Source: Phoronis australis | Lineage: Eukaryota; Animalia; Phoronida | Direction of reading: 5' to 3' | Assembly: GCA_002633005.1 (NCBI GenBank) | Contig: NMRA01000707.1 | Coordinates: 121,558 to 185,557, forward strand | DNA: 64,000 nt | Shown here: in pieces, positions 38,198 through 48,469 of the stretch | Layout of the letters: every line of letters begins with the position of its first letter | How positions within the stretch are numbered: position 1 is the first letter of the stretch | Program-made: the position numbers and the translations under genes | The notes under the pieces: model-generated | What the model was told of the DNA's origin: nothing | Database searches by the model: none | Seen by the model: the letters and a program-made list of their open reading frames with translations, nothing else

Positions 38198-38914
38198 ATG
38201 GAGAGTTATGCTTATGAAGTCGTGTTTGTTCGCCACGGTGAAAGTGAGTACAATGTGTCGGGTCGGTTCACTGGATGGATTGATTGCGATATAACGGAGA
38301 AAGGTCGCGATCAAGCCAAGCAGGCTGCTCACATTCTGAAAGAGAAGGGGTTCACATTTGACCACGCGTTCACCAGCGTTCTGAAGCGATCGATTCGTTC
38401 ACTGAATATTATGCTTCAGGAGCTGGACCTTGAGTGGATTCCTGTAACCAAAAGCTGGCGATTGAACGAGCGTTTTTATGGAGGTATGCAAGGAATGAGC
38501 AAGGAAGAAGCGTCGGCAATTTACGGAGAGAATCGAGTAATGGAAGTTTGGAGACAGTCTTTCACGGCCCCTCCTCCAGAAATAGACGAGTCCCATCCAC
38601 ACTGGCCTGGTCGTGATAGACGATACCATTGCATTCCAGAAGGGGTCATGCCCAAGAGCGAAAGTCTCAAGGATGTTCAAACGAGAGCACTCGTACACTG
38701 GCATGAAGCCATTGTGCCTGAAATAAAAAGTGGGAAACGAGTTCTCGTAGCAGCACACGGAAATAGTATGAGGGGTGTAGTTAAATATTTAGATAACTTA
38801 TCCGACGATGTCATTGTGTCGACGCGCATTCCCAATGCTTCGCCGTTTGCGTTCAGATTTGACAAGGACATGAATGTGATAACTCGCTACACGATAGGGA
38901 CAGATAACTCTTAA
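38198..38914 (+). CDS. 2,3-bisphosphoglycerate-dependent phosphoglycerate mutase (dPGM, gpmA/PGAM family, histidine phosphatase superfamily), single coding exon
   Basis: 238-aa ORF with VRHGESEYN, RFTGW, FTSVLKRSI, WRLNERFYG, ESLKD and AAHGNSMR; the catalytic His, Arg, Glu and His residues are present. In-frame TGA at 38192 just upstream; AATAAA at 38918-38923. Confidence 0.96.
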   Translation: MESYAYEVVFVRHGESEYNVSGRFTGWIDCDITEKGRDQAKQAAHILKEKGFTFDHAFTSVLKRSIRSLNIMLQELDLEWIPVTKSWRLNERFYGGMQGMSKEEASAIYGENRVMEVWRQSFTAPPPEIDESHPHWPGRDRRYHCIPEGVMPKSESLKDVQTRALVHWHEAIVPEIKSGKRVLVAAHGNSMRGVVKYLDNLSDDVIVSTRIPNASPFAFRFDKDMNVITRYTIGTDNS

Positions 38915-40235
38915 CGGAATAAACGATCGCCCCGCAGACCTAACTTTGCCTCTTTGCCCGTCTCACCGCTGTTTGTGACGTTTATTGATTTTTTATCAGT
39001 CGAATCACGCTCTCGAGCTCGCTGAACGCGTCCAGCCATATTGCTTTCCACTCGATTTACGAACTACAATGTGTTCCACTTCGCTCATTTGTTACGACAT
39101 TTGATCGATTTAGAATTTTTAGTTGAGAGCTTTTACGCGATCATGTATTGCGATTGATCAGTATGGTTGATGCCAAAGAAAAGCGTAAGGAACAATTCAA
39201 TGGTCTTCAAATGATGTCATTCGATAGGTCTGTCGGTTTCGACTTGGTCAGTTGGCCTACTCGGGACAAGTCCCCGGTCTCGCTGATCTGCGACTCGACC
39301 GGTCTGTGTAATAGGGGAACGATCGCGGTTGAACATGTATTCAGGGACTTGATCACATCAAGTTACTATTGACTTACATAATACCAGTCCCACGAACGTA
39401 TGAGGCTTGTATACGGCCGTAGCAGTTGTCGTTACACAGTTGTTTGTATTGTTGCATGAATGCGGAAACCAACAACGCTGTATGCTCAGTAGACGCGGTG
39501 AGAAATAAGCAGATCAAAGCCAACGTATTGGGCTAGGACGACCATCGTTATGTTGTTTGGTGATCACATGTTTCTACTAGAAAACACGCCTTGGACACAC
39601 AGGATTATATTTTCAGTAGCAATAGTTCTAATAGCTTTAATCATTGTGTTATTATAATTTAATGGTAAATAAAAGTGTTTCTATCTCTCTCTCTATCTTA
39701 TGATTACTCAACGAATAATTAGGTCACCGGGTCAAGTCAACACAAACCTAGTTGCAATAACGGTGTACAGCACAATGACCCGCATGGCGTGTAAAAACAC
39801 CGTGACGCTAAAGACACGACGCGTGGAGATGTGTCGAAGGTCTTAACTAAGCTGCTAGTTAATCCAATAACTATAAACAATATGTGATTATTGTATGGGA
39901 TGATTCTCCCGAACCTGGCCCCAAACATTAATTAGTGCTGATGTTTTTTTCCGGCAATAGAATGAATGATACAGAGGCGAACTGGAGTCAACTGAGCTCA
40001 GTGACTTGCTTTTAGGTCATGCGGGACCCAGCTGGGCCTCAAGAGACTTGTGTAAAACCACCTGTGTGACTATATACTTGTGTCTACTTTGTTTTAATGT
40101 TTATTATACCATAAACCATTAGTCCCCATGCTTAAAGTTGCACATTTCTATGGAATAGAATAGGATATGGAATAGAATTTCAATTTCATTCTATTCTTAA
40201 AATAAACTTAAAAGCTTATTTTATACCGGATGCAG

Positions 40236-40409
40236 CATGCGCTCAACCAGCCTAAAAAATTATGGGGCTCAAACCGTTGGTAGTTCTTGCCATTTTAGTG
40301 GAATTTTGTCTCCTTTCGGAGTTTTTGTTTCTCTGAGGCAGACCCTTTGGCCCACTTCACCAAATGGGTGGCGCGTTCGAGCCCCCTGCCCCCCCCCCCC
40401 CCNAGGGTT
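40236..40409 (-). repeat. Dispersed repeat family B copy (contains an N beside a poly-C run)
   Basis: Reverse complement reads ggggctcgaa..gaagtgggccaaagggtctgcctcagagaaac..taggctggttgagcgcatg. Confidence 0.7.
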
Positions 40410-40767
40410 ACAACAACAAACATGAGCAGAGGATGCTAGATTCCTGTAAAAAACATAAATGCCCATTAGTCAAATCACACGCTAACAAGATTTGCACGCA
40501 AGTGGACGAGAAAGGTTTCACAGTCCATTCCAGAGCATTCCTTGGCACATTGCAATTGCTTATTGATGGCACCGTCCCAGATTGAAGTGAGCTAGCCGCT
40601 ATTCGTGCGTTACTTTAGTTACTCTTGAGATAATCAGCGGTCGTGACCAACGCGCATGTTAAGCATACTAGTTTCAAAAAAAAACGAACAATAGGAAAGG
40701 CAAATGGCGATCATTACTATATTTAAGATTAAAAATTAAACAATATCCGTCTCTGATGCATTATAAG

Positions 40768-41094
40768 CATAGGCGGATTTAGGCGGGGGTCTCCCCCTAG
40801 CTTGGCTGCCGCAAGCAAAATGAAACACAAGAGCAACAGCAACAGCGCGAAACGTGAGGACTTGAACTATAACTAGGACCTGTAGTTGAGAAGGGGGAGG
40901 GGTATCTCAGTGACCCCAGATCGCAGTGGTATCGCGTTCCCTTTTTCAGGCGATATATTTTTCGAACACTAAGAAGGTTCATCTACTCCCGGCCCCCGCG
41001 ACTTTCGGGACGCCTGTACACATACAACCGCGCTTTGCCCAAGGCAACATGTTGCCCCCTCCCCTCCCCTTATTATATCCTAGATTCGCCATTG
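40768..41094. mobile_element. hAT-like MITE (CATAGGCGGATTTAGG...CCTAGATTCGCCATTG)
   Basis: Imperfect TIR; flanks ATTATAAG / ATTATAGA resemble an 8-bp TSD. Confidence 0.6.
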
Positions 41095-43513
41095 ATTATA
41101 GAAAATAGCGAGCAGAATTTCTTCAGCAGTGCGACTAAGCCACGATCATTAAATTGAGAATCCTTTGTACATGTTTTATATATTAGTCGCAGTCTTTATC
41201 GCTAAGGCTTTGGGGTATCAAAACCCCGAATGTTAGCGTAGGAGTTGCCCGATGCTGCTCTCATGATCGACCCATCGCGAATACGGTTACGTTGGATTCC
41301 AAGTCGTTGGATTGGAACAAACAGAACTTGGAAGAAAACAGTCCGGATTAGCTTAATCGCACAGCAATGTCTTGTATCTGCAAAGCCAGTGGATCGAGGT
41401 GCAAGCAGCTGAATATTACTGCAAGAGAGAACAATCTTCGATAGGGCTGAATCACTCGGTGAGAAGTCGTGGAAATCGTTGCCCTTCAGTCAGTGTCAGT
41501 GGACTTGGATAGGGATGAGTGATTGTAATTTTTTTCAAAACTAATCACACTAGCGTAAAACTTTGAATTATTTTGAACAAAAATCAGCCAGAATCGTGTA
41601 TTTTGTAATCTACAGGACTTCATTTCATTAAACTTCTACAAAATACACTTTAACTACTTGTTTTACTTGCGGTAACCCCTACTGCCACAAGTGGACTGAT
41701 CCCGTATACATTAACTGGGAAATTTATTGACCCAGTTGCAGCAACCCAACATGAATATCACTCCTTTTTGGCTGAGATTACATAATAAGGTCTATATTCT
41801 TCCTAATTTTTTATTAGTTTTATTTGTTTATGTTGTTGTGTATACTAATAAGTCTGAAATGTAGCATTCAACTGCAGGTTGCTATGGAAATTCTAAAGAC
41901 ACTATCGGCACTTTTTGTCGGCCATTTTCCTTGACTTTTGAAAGCTCTAAATTTTCGCTTTCCCCGACTAGAATTGGCAATAACTCGGTCATTTGTGAAG
42001 ATAAGGACATGTTTCATACCTCAAAATGATCAGAAAACACTGTATTTTCACTAAAATAACAATTAAAAAAATGACAAATCCCGGCCGACTTAAGACTCAT
42101 TTTGTGGTGGTGGGTCACATTTGTGGTTTTGTTCATCCAACTTACAGCAAGAAGAAGTTATTTATCACATTTCAGAATGGTTGGATTCACTGCAGAGTTG
42201 ACTTAACATCGTGTTAATGGGACGTGTCTCTTCTTAGTGAAAGTACTCGACGATATCTAGCGAAATCTCGTTAGTACTTACTTCTCGCGTAAACTCTACC
42301 TTGTTCAGTGAACACGAGGATGCAAAATTCAAGTGAGTTCTGACCAGGGTCTGTGAGAGCATTTTAGCAATGAACGCTTTGGCCCCAGTGACTGCTCACG
42401 CCAGTCTTGTTTGGCCTTGGACACAGCTTGGCTTTTGGATGTGACGAAATTCACTGGACAGCCTTTTTTAATTAGCTACAGCATATTTAATATCATCTTT
42501 GCACCAAAGCTAATCGCATAAATATATCGAAAATATTCGAGTAGAAAAATGTTGCGAAAAATCATATTTCGCACAAAAGCCCAGGGGAAGGAGGTACGGT
42601 AACAGTTTTTATTTAAATCTTACGGAAATTCATGGCAAAAACATTAACAATGAATTTGTATATGAAATATAAATGATGACTGAAAGAACTATTCTTCGAA
42701 CTAATCAAACTACACATTCTTATAATCCGAAATCGATGATGTATAAATCGATATACCCTCAGACAGACTAATTTTGTATACCTGAGATATACCCGACTAT
42801 CATCGCCATGCCAGTACGTGCATATGAGCCCTGTAAAATGTCGTTCGGATTTAATAAGTCGAAACGTTTTTCGCGATCCCGAAGGTTACGAGTTAAGTAA
42901 AGTCACTTGTACATGTAGTGCGTTTAGAGGAGTCCATTTTTATCAAGATAACGAGTATGCATGCACGATTTCGATAACGCAACCTTGTTTTGTGTGAAAC
43001 AACATATTGTTGTGAGAGATGATTATATGCATGCTCCTGCAGGAATACAAAATAATCAGCTTGAAATTTCATCAAGTGGTATCTTGCGTAATGAAGACAT
43101 TGTTAGGTGTTAGTGATGAACGTCACAACGGGAATAGCGTGGTCACTTTGGCAATTGAAAGCTTTGGTCAATATCACAAATGACGTAAAGGCAAACTGAG
43201 GCAAAGTCCCCATTTATCAGGTGAATACATGACGTGTACAGACTAAAGCACTATTACCTATACATGCTGAGGGACAAGAACGTCAATGGTGGAGACTAGC
43301 TTTGGATGCTAGAAAAATTGTGTGCTAACACTGAGAAAGAACAAAAGTACCAAGAGTATGATGAATATTCGAATCATGAAAGAGATGAATATAATAGTTT
43401 AGTTGGACGCGTTTATTTCGCGACGCGAATGAGAGAAATAAATGAGAGGCAAACGGTGACAATTGAAAAATTGTTTAAGGTGTTCGGAAACGCATTGTCA
43501 TAAAACGGGTTAT

Positions 43514-43995
43514 CTGGTCCGGGGCTCTAATCTTTTTACTCGAAAAGAAACTCGAAAATATAGTTATTAGATAGCATTACATGTTACTTTCCTTCTTTTG
43601 AGAAATAAAATGTTTACGTATTAAAAAATATGTTTGGCCATTTCTACTCTGCTTTGTTTGAACTCAAGATAAGTGTCTATTATTCTATCTTCGTGTAGGC
43701 CTACATGACTTGCGTGGACATTTTTTTAGTCCTCGTGTTCAGTTGATAAACACAACATTAAGGCTAAAAGTTCGAGTTTGAACTCGAAATTTTGAATTTT
43801 TACTCGAGTTTGTAGCATGAATACAAGGGTCATTAAGTGCAAACTTGGACTAGGAACTCACCGATATGCGTAAACTACATTGTATTCGAACACAGTCTAA
43901 TTACCACTTATATTGTCTTCTCACAAAAGTAGCAGATAAATTGTCAAAAATATTTTCGAGTTCGTTTGAGTACAAAGATTAGATTCCTGGCCCTG
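43514..43995. mobile_element. 482-bp MITE (family C) with a ~45-bp imperfect TIR
   Basis: ctggtccggggctctaatctttttactcgaaaagaaactcgaaaata versus the reverse complement of the right end, cagggccaggaatctaatctttgtactcaaacgaactcgaaaata. No clear TSD. Confidence 0.75.
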
Positions 43996-44139
43996 TAGTA
44001 AACGTGAAACGAAAACAAGGTACGCGGTTGGTTTGATTAAACTGTTAAAAACATCCTCTTACGAGAATATCAATGCATACGCAATGACAAAAGACTAAAT
44101 GAGGAACTTATAAGGTTGATGAGCTTGAAGAGGACGCAA

Positions 44140-44989
44140 TATAACAACCAAATGTGTGGACAGAGTGTCCTCAGTTATGCAACTTCTGGATCGAAATTTA
44201 TTTCGATCACAGAAAAATTTACTATGGGTTGTTTCATCGCTCACCTTCTCAATCACCAGCTGAAAGAAAACTCTACTTCAAAGCCCTAGCCGATCAGTTA
44301 GGGGAACTTAACCGCAATAGCGTTAGTATAATCATAAATGATGATTTCAATGCCCGAAACTCTACATGGTACAATGATGATCATGACAATACGGCCGGAC
44401 TACAATTGTTTGATATTTTATTGTCTAATGACTGCATACAACTAATTAATGAGCCAACCCGTATCACCGACGTTTCTCTTTCATGTATTGACCTCTGTAT
44501 AACAAACATTTTGAGTATCATTGACTCATGTTCTGTACTGCCTCCTGTTGGCAATTCCCATCAGCACACTATTGAAACCACTCTAACACTTAAAAAACCG
44601 GTTAATGAACAACACACCACTCGAACCAACTGGAAGTATGATCAGGTCGACACCGATAAACTGCTCCAGGATATCACCAACACTGGCTGGGATTCCATAT
44701 TGTACACTGGCGAGATTGATGACACTGTTTCACTCTTCACTAGTACTCTCTATGAAATCTTAAAAAACAACATCCCATCAACTGAAAGGATAATTAAACA
44801 CAACAGCCAACCGTAGTTCAACAGTAATGTTAAACGGGCAATCCGCACAAGAAACAGACTTTACAGCTCTTTCAGAAGATCTATCAACACTATAATTTAT
44901 AACAGATACAAGGAGCTGTCACGTCTGGTTGAAACTTTAGTACATCAAGCCAAAGCTGATAACCGACACAAGCTTTTTCAACAAATTAA
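44140..44989 (+). mobile_element. 5'-truncated, decayed CR1/L2-group LINE, 5' part (APE endonuclease and linker)
   Basis: ORF 44154-44816 has IINDDFNAR (GDFN-like), NEPTRI...SCIDL and NSHQH (SDH-like). The frame continues past a TAG (P*FNSNVKRAIRTRNRLY) up to the TTAA at 44986-44989. Confidence 0.9.
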
Positions 44990-45780
44990 GAGTGACTCCA
45001 TATAAAAACCAACAGGTAGAGTCTATACCCAAAATCACCGATTTTTTTTGAAACTTAGCACATGAGTTTGGTTTGTTGAGAAGTAGAAAAACCTCACTTT
45101 TTAAGAATTTTCATTCATTATTTTTCTTTTTATGACCTGTACCTCAATTTTGCAACAAAATTGGGCGTCGAAGTAGGCATGTTTGAATGCATTTTACTAG
45201 CATGTATGATACGGTCAAAACAAATGAATAATACGAATTGAAAGGGCAATGGCTGAATAATTTAATGGCATAACTTTCAAAATCCATTTTTAAATTTATA
45301 CGTTTTGAATTTGTGAGGCAAAAACGGCTATTTTTCAGGTTTTCACTGAAACCATTTTCGGCCACATTTGGCACTCTGTAGCAGCCATAACGCACCTTTC
45401 CTGAAATTGACTTTATAATAATTTGTTAAGTCATTCCTAACCTGTTCATAATCTAAAATAAAAAATCTTGCCTCTAATCTAGTTTTTGCGTACGAAGCAT
45501 TATACGAACTGCACTTCGTCCTTTTGCATGTTCTCAGTTGCCTCTGCTGCCAATAGGGGGCTCTTGGAACATATAATTAGCTTGCGAAACACGACATAAA
45601 AACTTTGTATTTTGGAGAAAAGGCAGACGGCATTATTAATTACCATTCTATGAAAACGGCATTGATGATTAATACTTATTACAAAAATGTGTACGTAAAT
45701 CAACTGGCATGCGTGCTTCTAAATGATAGATGGCGCTGCTTTTGTTTACGTGGAGACTGAAGACGCATCTAGAATAAGAG

Positions 45781-45893
45781 CAGTAACACGAGGACCTTGC
45801 TATAATTCAAGACTTCGCGAGATGTTGCCGTGTATTTTAAATGAGAACACGTGGTTTTGGATAAATTTTAGAGAGGTTCTAGTGTTACTGAAC
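45781..45893 (-). repeat. MITE family A copy nested inside Sola3
   Basis: cagtaacacgaggacc...ttgccgtgtattttaaatgagaacacgtg...gtgttactgaac. Confidence 0.8.
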
Positions 45894-46329
45894 TCACCCC
45901 TGCCTTGTTTTCTATCTGCCTTGTTCGTGCCACAGGCAAAGGAAGGCACCCAAGGTGGATATGCCCCGGCCCCTAGTGTTCAGTGCAAAAAATCCTTCAA
46001 CTTGTCAATAGTCATTGTAACTTTGGGTTCATATTGTAATGTCCCTGCTGGTTGCTACAAATTTTAGTCGCCACCAGTCGCCAGAAATCTGGTGTTCCCC
46101 CCACACACACCGGGCACCCTAACGCTGAATATTTCTGCCAGTGTGATCATCAGTGGTATAAAAAGGTACACATTCACAGTTAATAGAAAATAATTCGCGA
46201 AAGACAATTTTATTAATGACTACTTCATGACAGACATGAAGTAAACAGAAGTAACGGTCTCGACTTCATATATCACACATCTTTGACTGGTATGCTACAA
46301 AACTAGGCTAAACGTTGAGCTCATTTATC

Positions 46330-47480
46330 ACTTCATTCAGTAAACATAACAGCATCTTCAGCAGAAATAGCATCGTCATAAACATTGCTGCAGACAACCT
46401 CGAAAAAATCCACCAATCTGCGATTCACTTAACATCACAGGTAAATTTACACTTTCACAGTGGGTTCTCGGCGTAATGTTTTCTCCCGGCATTTTGGCAC
46501 TTCCGAGGGTGAAAGTTTTTACCTGACTTTCTCCTTCATCGAATATGTTCGTCAGAAAGTTCTTAACCTTTGATGAAAATCTTGTTGACCTTTTACCTTT
46601 TTTCAATGCCTAACCTATTGCTTCAGCATTCGTCTCATCCACATTGTACTCTGAGGCTGCCTCAAATGACGCTCCGGGTTCTTGCATCTAAAAGCATTTC
46701 TGACGACTGTCGTGCGATGTGGTCATACGTGTTCAGTGTGGTTACCCACATCCAAATGCCGACCTAGTTCTGCGTCTGTAGCAAAAAATTTCGAGTAACC
46801 TTGCTGGGTACAAGGGAACTTTTGTTGAGGCTCTTCACTAGATACAATTCCAACCTTAAGTCTTGGTGTTGAAAATCCGCCATGTCTAGAGATGTTAGTG
46901 TAATTTAGAGAAATAGGTTTCCCATTTTCTCAGTATTTGTAAGAACTTACCGTCATCTACATGGAATGATTTCCACACGTGAATTCCTTGGATGGAATAG
47001 TGGGAATTTGGGAATGTCCTTATACCAGGAACTGAGTATTTTGGAAAAGACTTTGTTGCATTGACTGAAAATGCATACACATAACATCCCTTCACACGGC
47101 CACTGGAAAGTAGTGCTTCTTTCAAATCCAGAAAGTTTATGATATTATTACTTTCGGCTACAAAGTACTTTGCATGTTGTTTGAGTGGAGCGATCTTGCG
47201 ATCACAGAGATCCTTTCCATTCTGACTTTCACTAAAGTCATATCTCGAAACAGAAATGCCGGTAGAATTTGACAAGGGTGCTACGTTCAGGAGGAGAGGA
47301 GCAGAGTGGTAACATCCAGCATTACCTGACTCTTCCATGACTGGTCCTGTTCAGTCAGAAATTCACCGACTCTGGGTAGTACGAGTCCGTACTCTGGAAC
47401 AGGCCTTGCTTTGTGAAGTAGTTTCTTGTATCTCAAATGTTCAGTGGTGTCTTTGACATGACTCACTAAAGCACACAGCT
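46330..47480 (-). pseudogene. Sola3-like transposase remnant
   Basis: NAGCYHS and RYDFSESQNGKDLCDRKIAPLK (catalytic region); degenerate C2H2 FPCTQQGYSKFFATDAELGRHLDVGNH (about 46740-46820); C-terminal RFSSKVKNFL...QIGGFF. Broken by frameshifts. Confidence 0.8.
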
Positions 47481-48469
47481 TTTGTGATTTTTTGAAGAAT
47501 AAACTCTAAAGGAACATGAAGGCCCATCGACATCGTCCGCCATTTTGTCTTTTTAAAATGCACTTGCTTCTCTCAAAACCAGACATTACAAATATCAATT
47601 CTTACTCGTTTAATCTTAAAGGCATTTATTTCCATTCAAAAGTTGTACAGAGTGTTTAAATTAACCTGATTATGTAAAAGAAATGAAAGAATACGAGAGG
47701 ATTACACGTACATTTTTTATAAATCCTCAAGCTTTAAACCTCAACTGACTTCCTCAGTGGGCAAAGGTCATCGGGTTCAGTTTTGATACTAGCCGCGTAA
47801 TAAACCCAGAAAACATCTTGTTTTCATTTGAAAGACTTTAGACTTGGTTTCTATAACTATTTAAAGCAGACTTCTTGCCTAAAAGTTTGTTCAAATGGTT
47901 TGTAAACTCTGCTCGTCATTTCCAAACTATGAAAATAGACAGTTTTGCAAGACAATTTTCACTAAAGTGCAAAGTTGAGGCAAGATTTTTTATTGCTCAG
48001 TCATCAAGACTAACTCTTTAACTGTATGTTCAAAACGTCACATAAGGCTACAAGGTGTTTTATGGCAGTAAGAAGGTCACAAAAATGGCCACTAAAATTA
48101 GCCCCAAAAAGTGGTCTGTGGATTATCTCCCCTGTCTAGCATAAAACTGTTAGATTTTAATAAATGGCACAGAATTATGCACAGTATACGTTGGTTATTT
48201 CAGCCACCAAAATATAGCTTTTGATCTATTTTGTATGTTACTCATTTTTGTTGCTGAAAACATGCGATTTTTGAGACGGCTAATATGCCCAATTGTGCCA
48301 ATTTGTGTTATCATGCTCCAGCGGCGAAATTAGGGGTCATTGAGTGCGCAAAATTTGGCATTTGGGTTTTTGTTAGGATACCTACCCATGTACAAAAAAT
48401 GAAGTTGTTTTAAATTTTGACGTATAGACTGATTTTTGAAAATCTACTGGTTTTTATATGGACTGCCTC

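Larger units (their letters stand above)
44990..48469 (-). mobile_element. Sola3-type DNA transposon, internally deleted, inserted in the LINE
   Basis: TTAA on both sides (44986-44989, 48470-48473) and GAG...CTC termini. Terminal inverted match GAGTGACTCCATATAAAAACCA / GAGGCAGTCCATATAAAAACCA, with further collinear matches to about 480 bp (aataaaaaatcttgcctc at 45457 and its reverse complement at 47977). Confidence 0.85.

Noticed and set aside
38030-38871. Minus-strand ORFs over the PGM gene
   Set aside because: Antisense shadows of the real CDS with no recognisable motifs.
44990-48469. piggyBac or Kolobok assignment because of the TTAA target
   Set aside because: GAG...CTC termini, long TIRs and the transposase motifs fit Sola3 better; piggyBac ends begin with CC.
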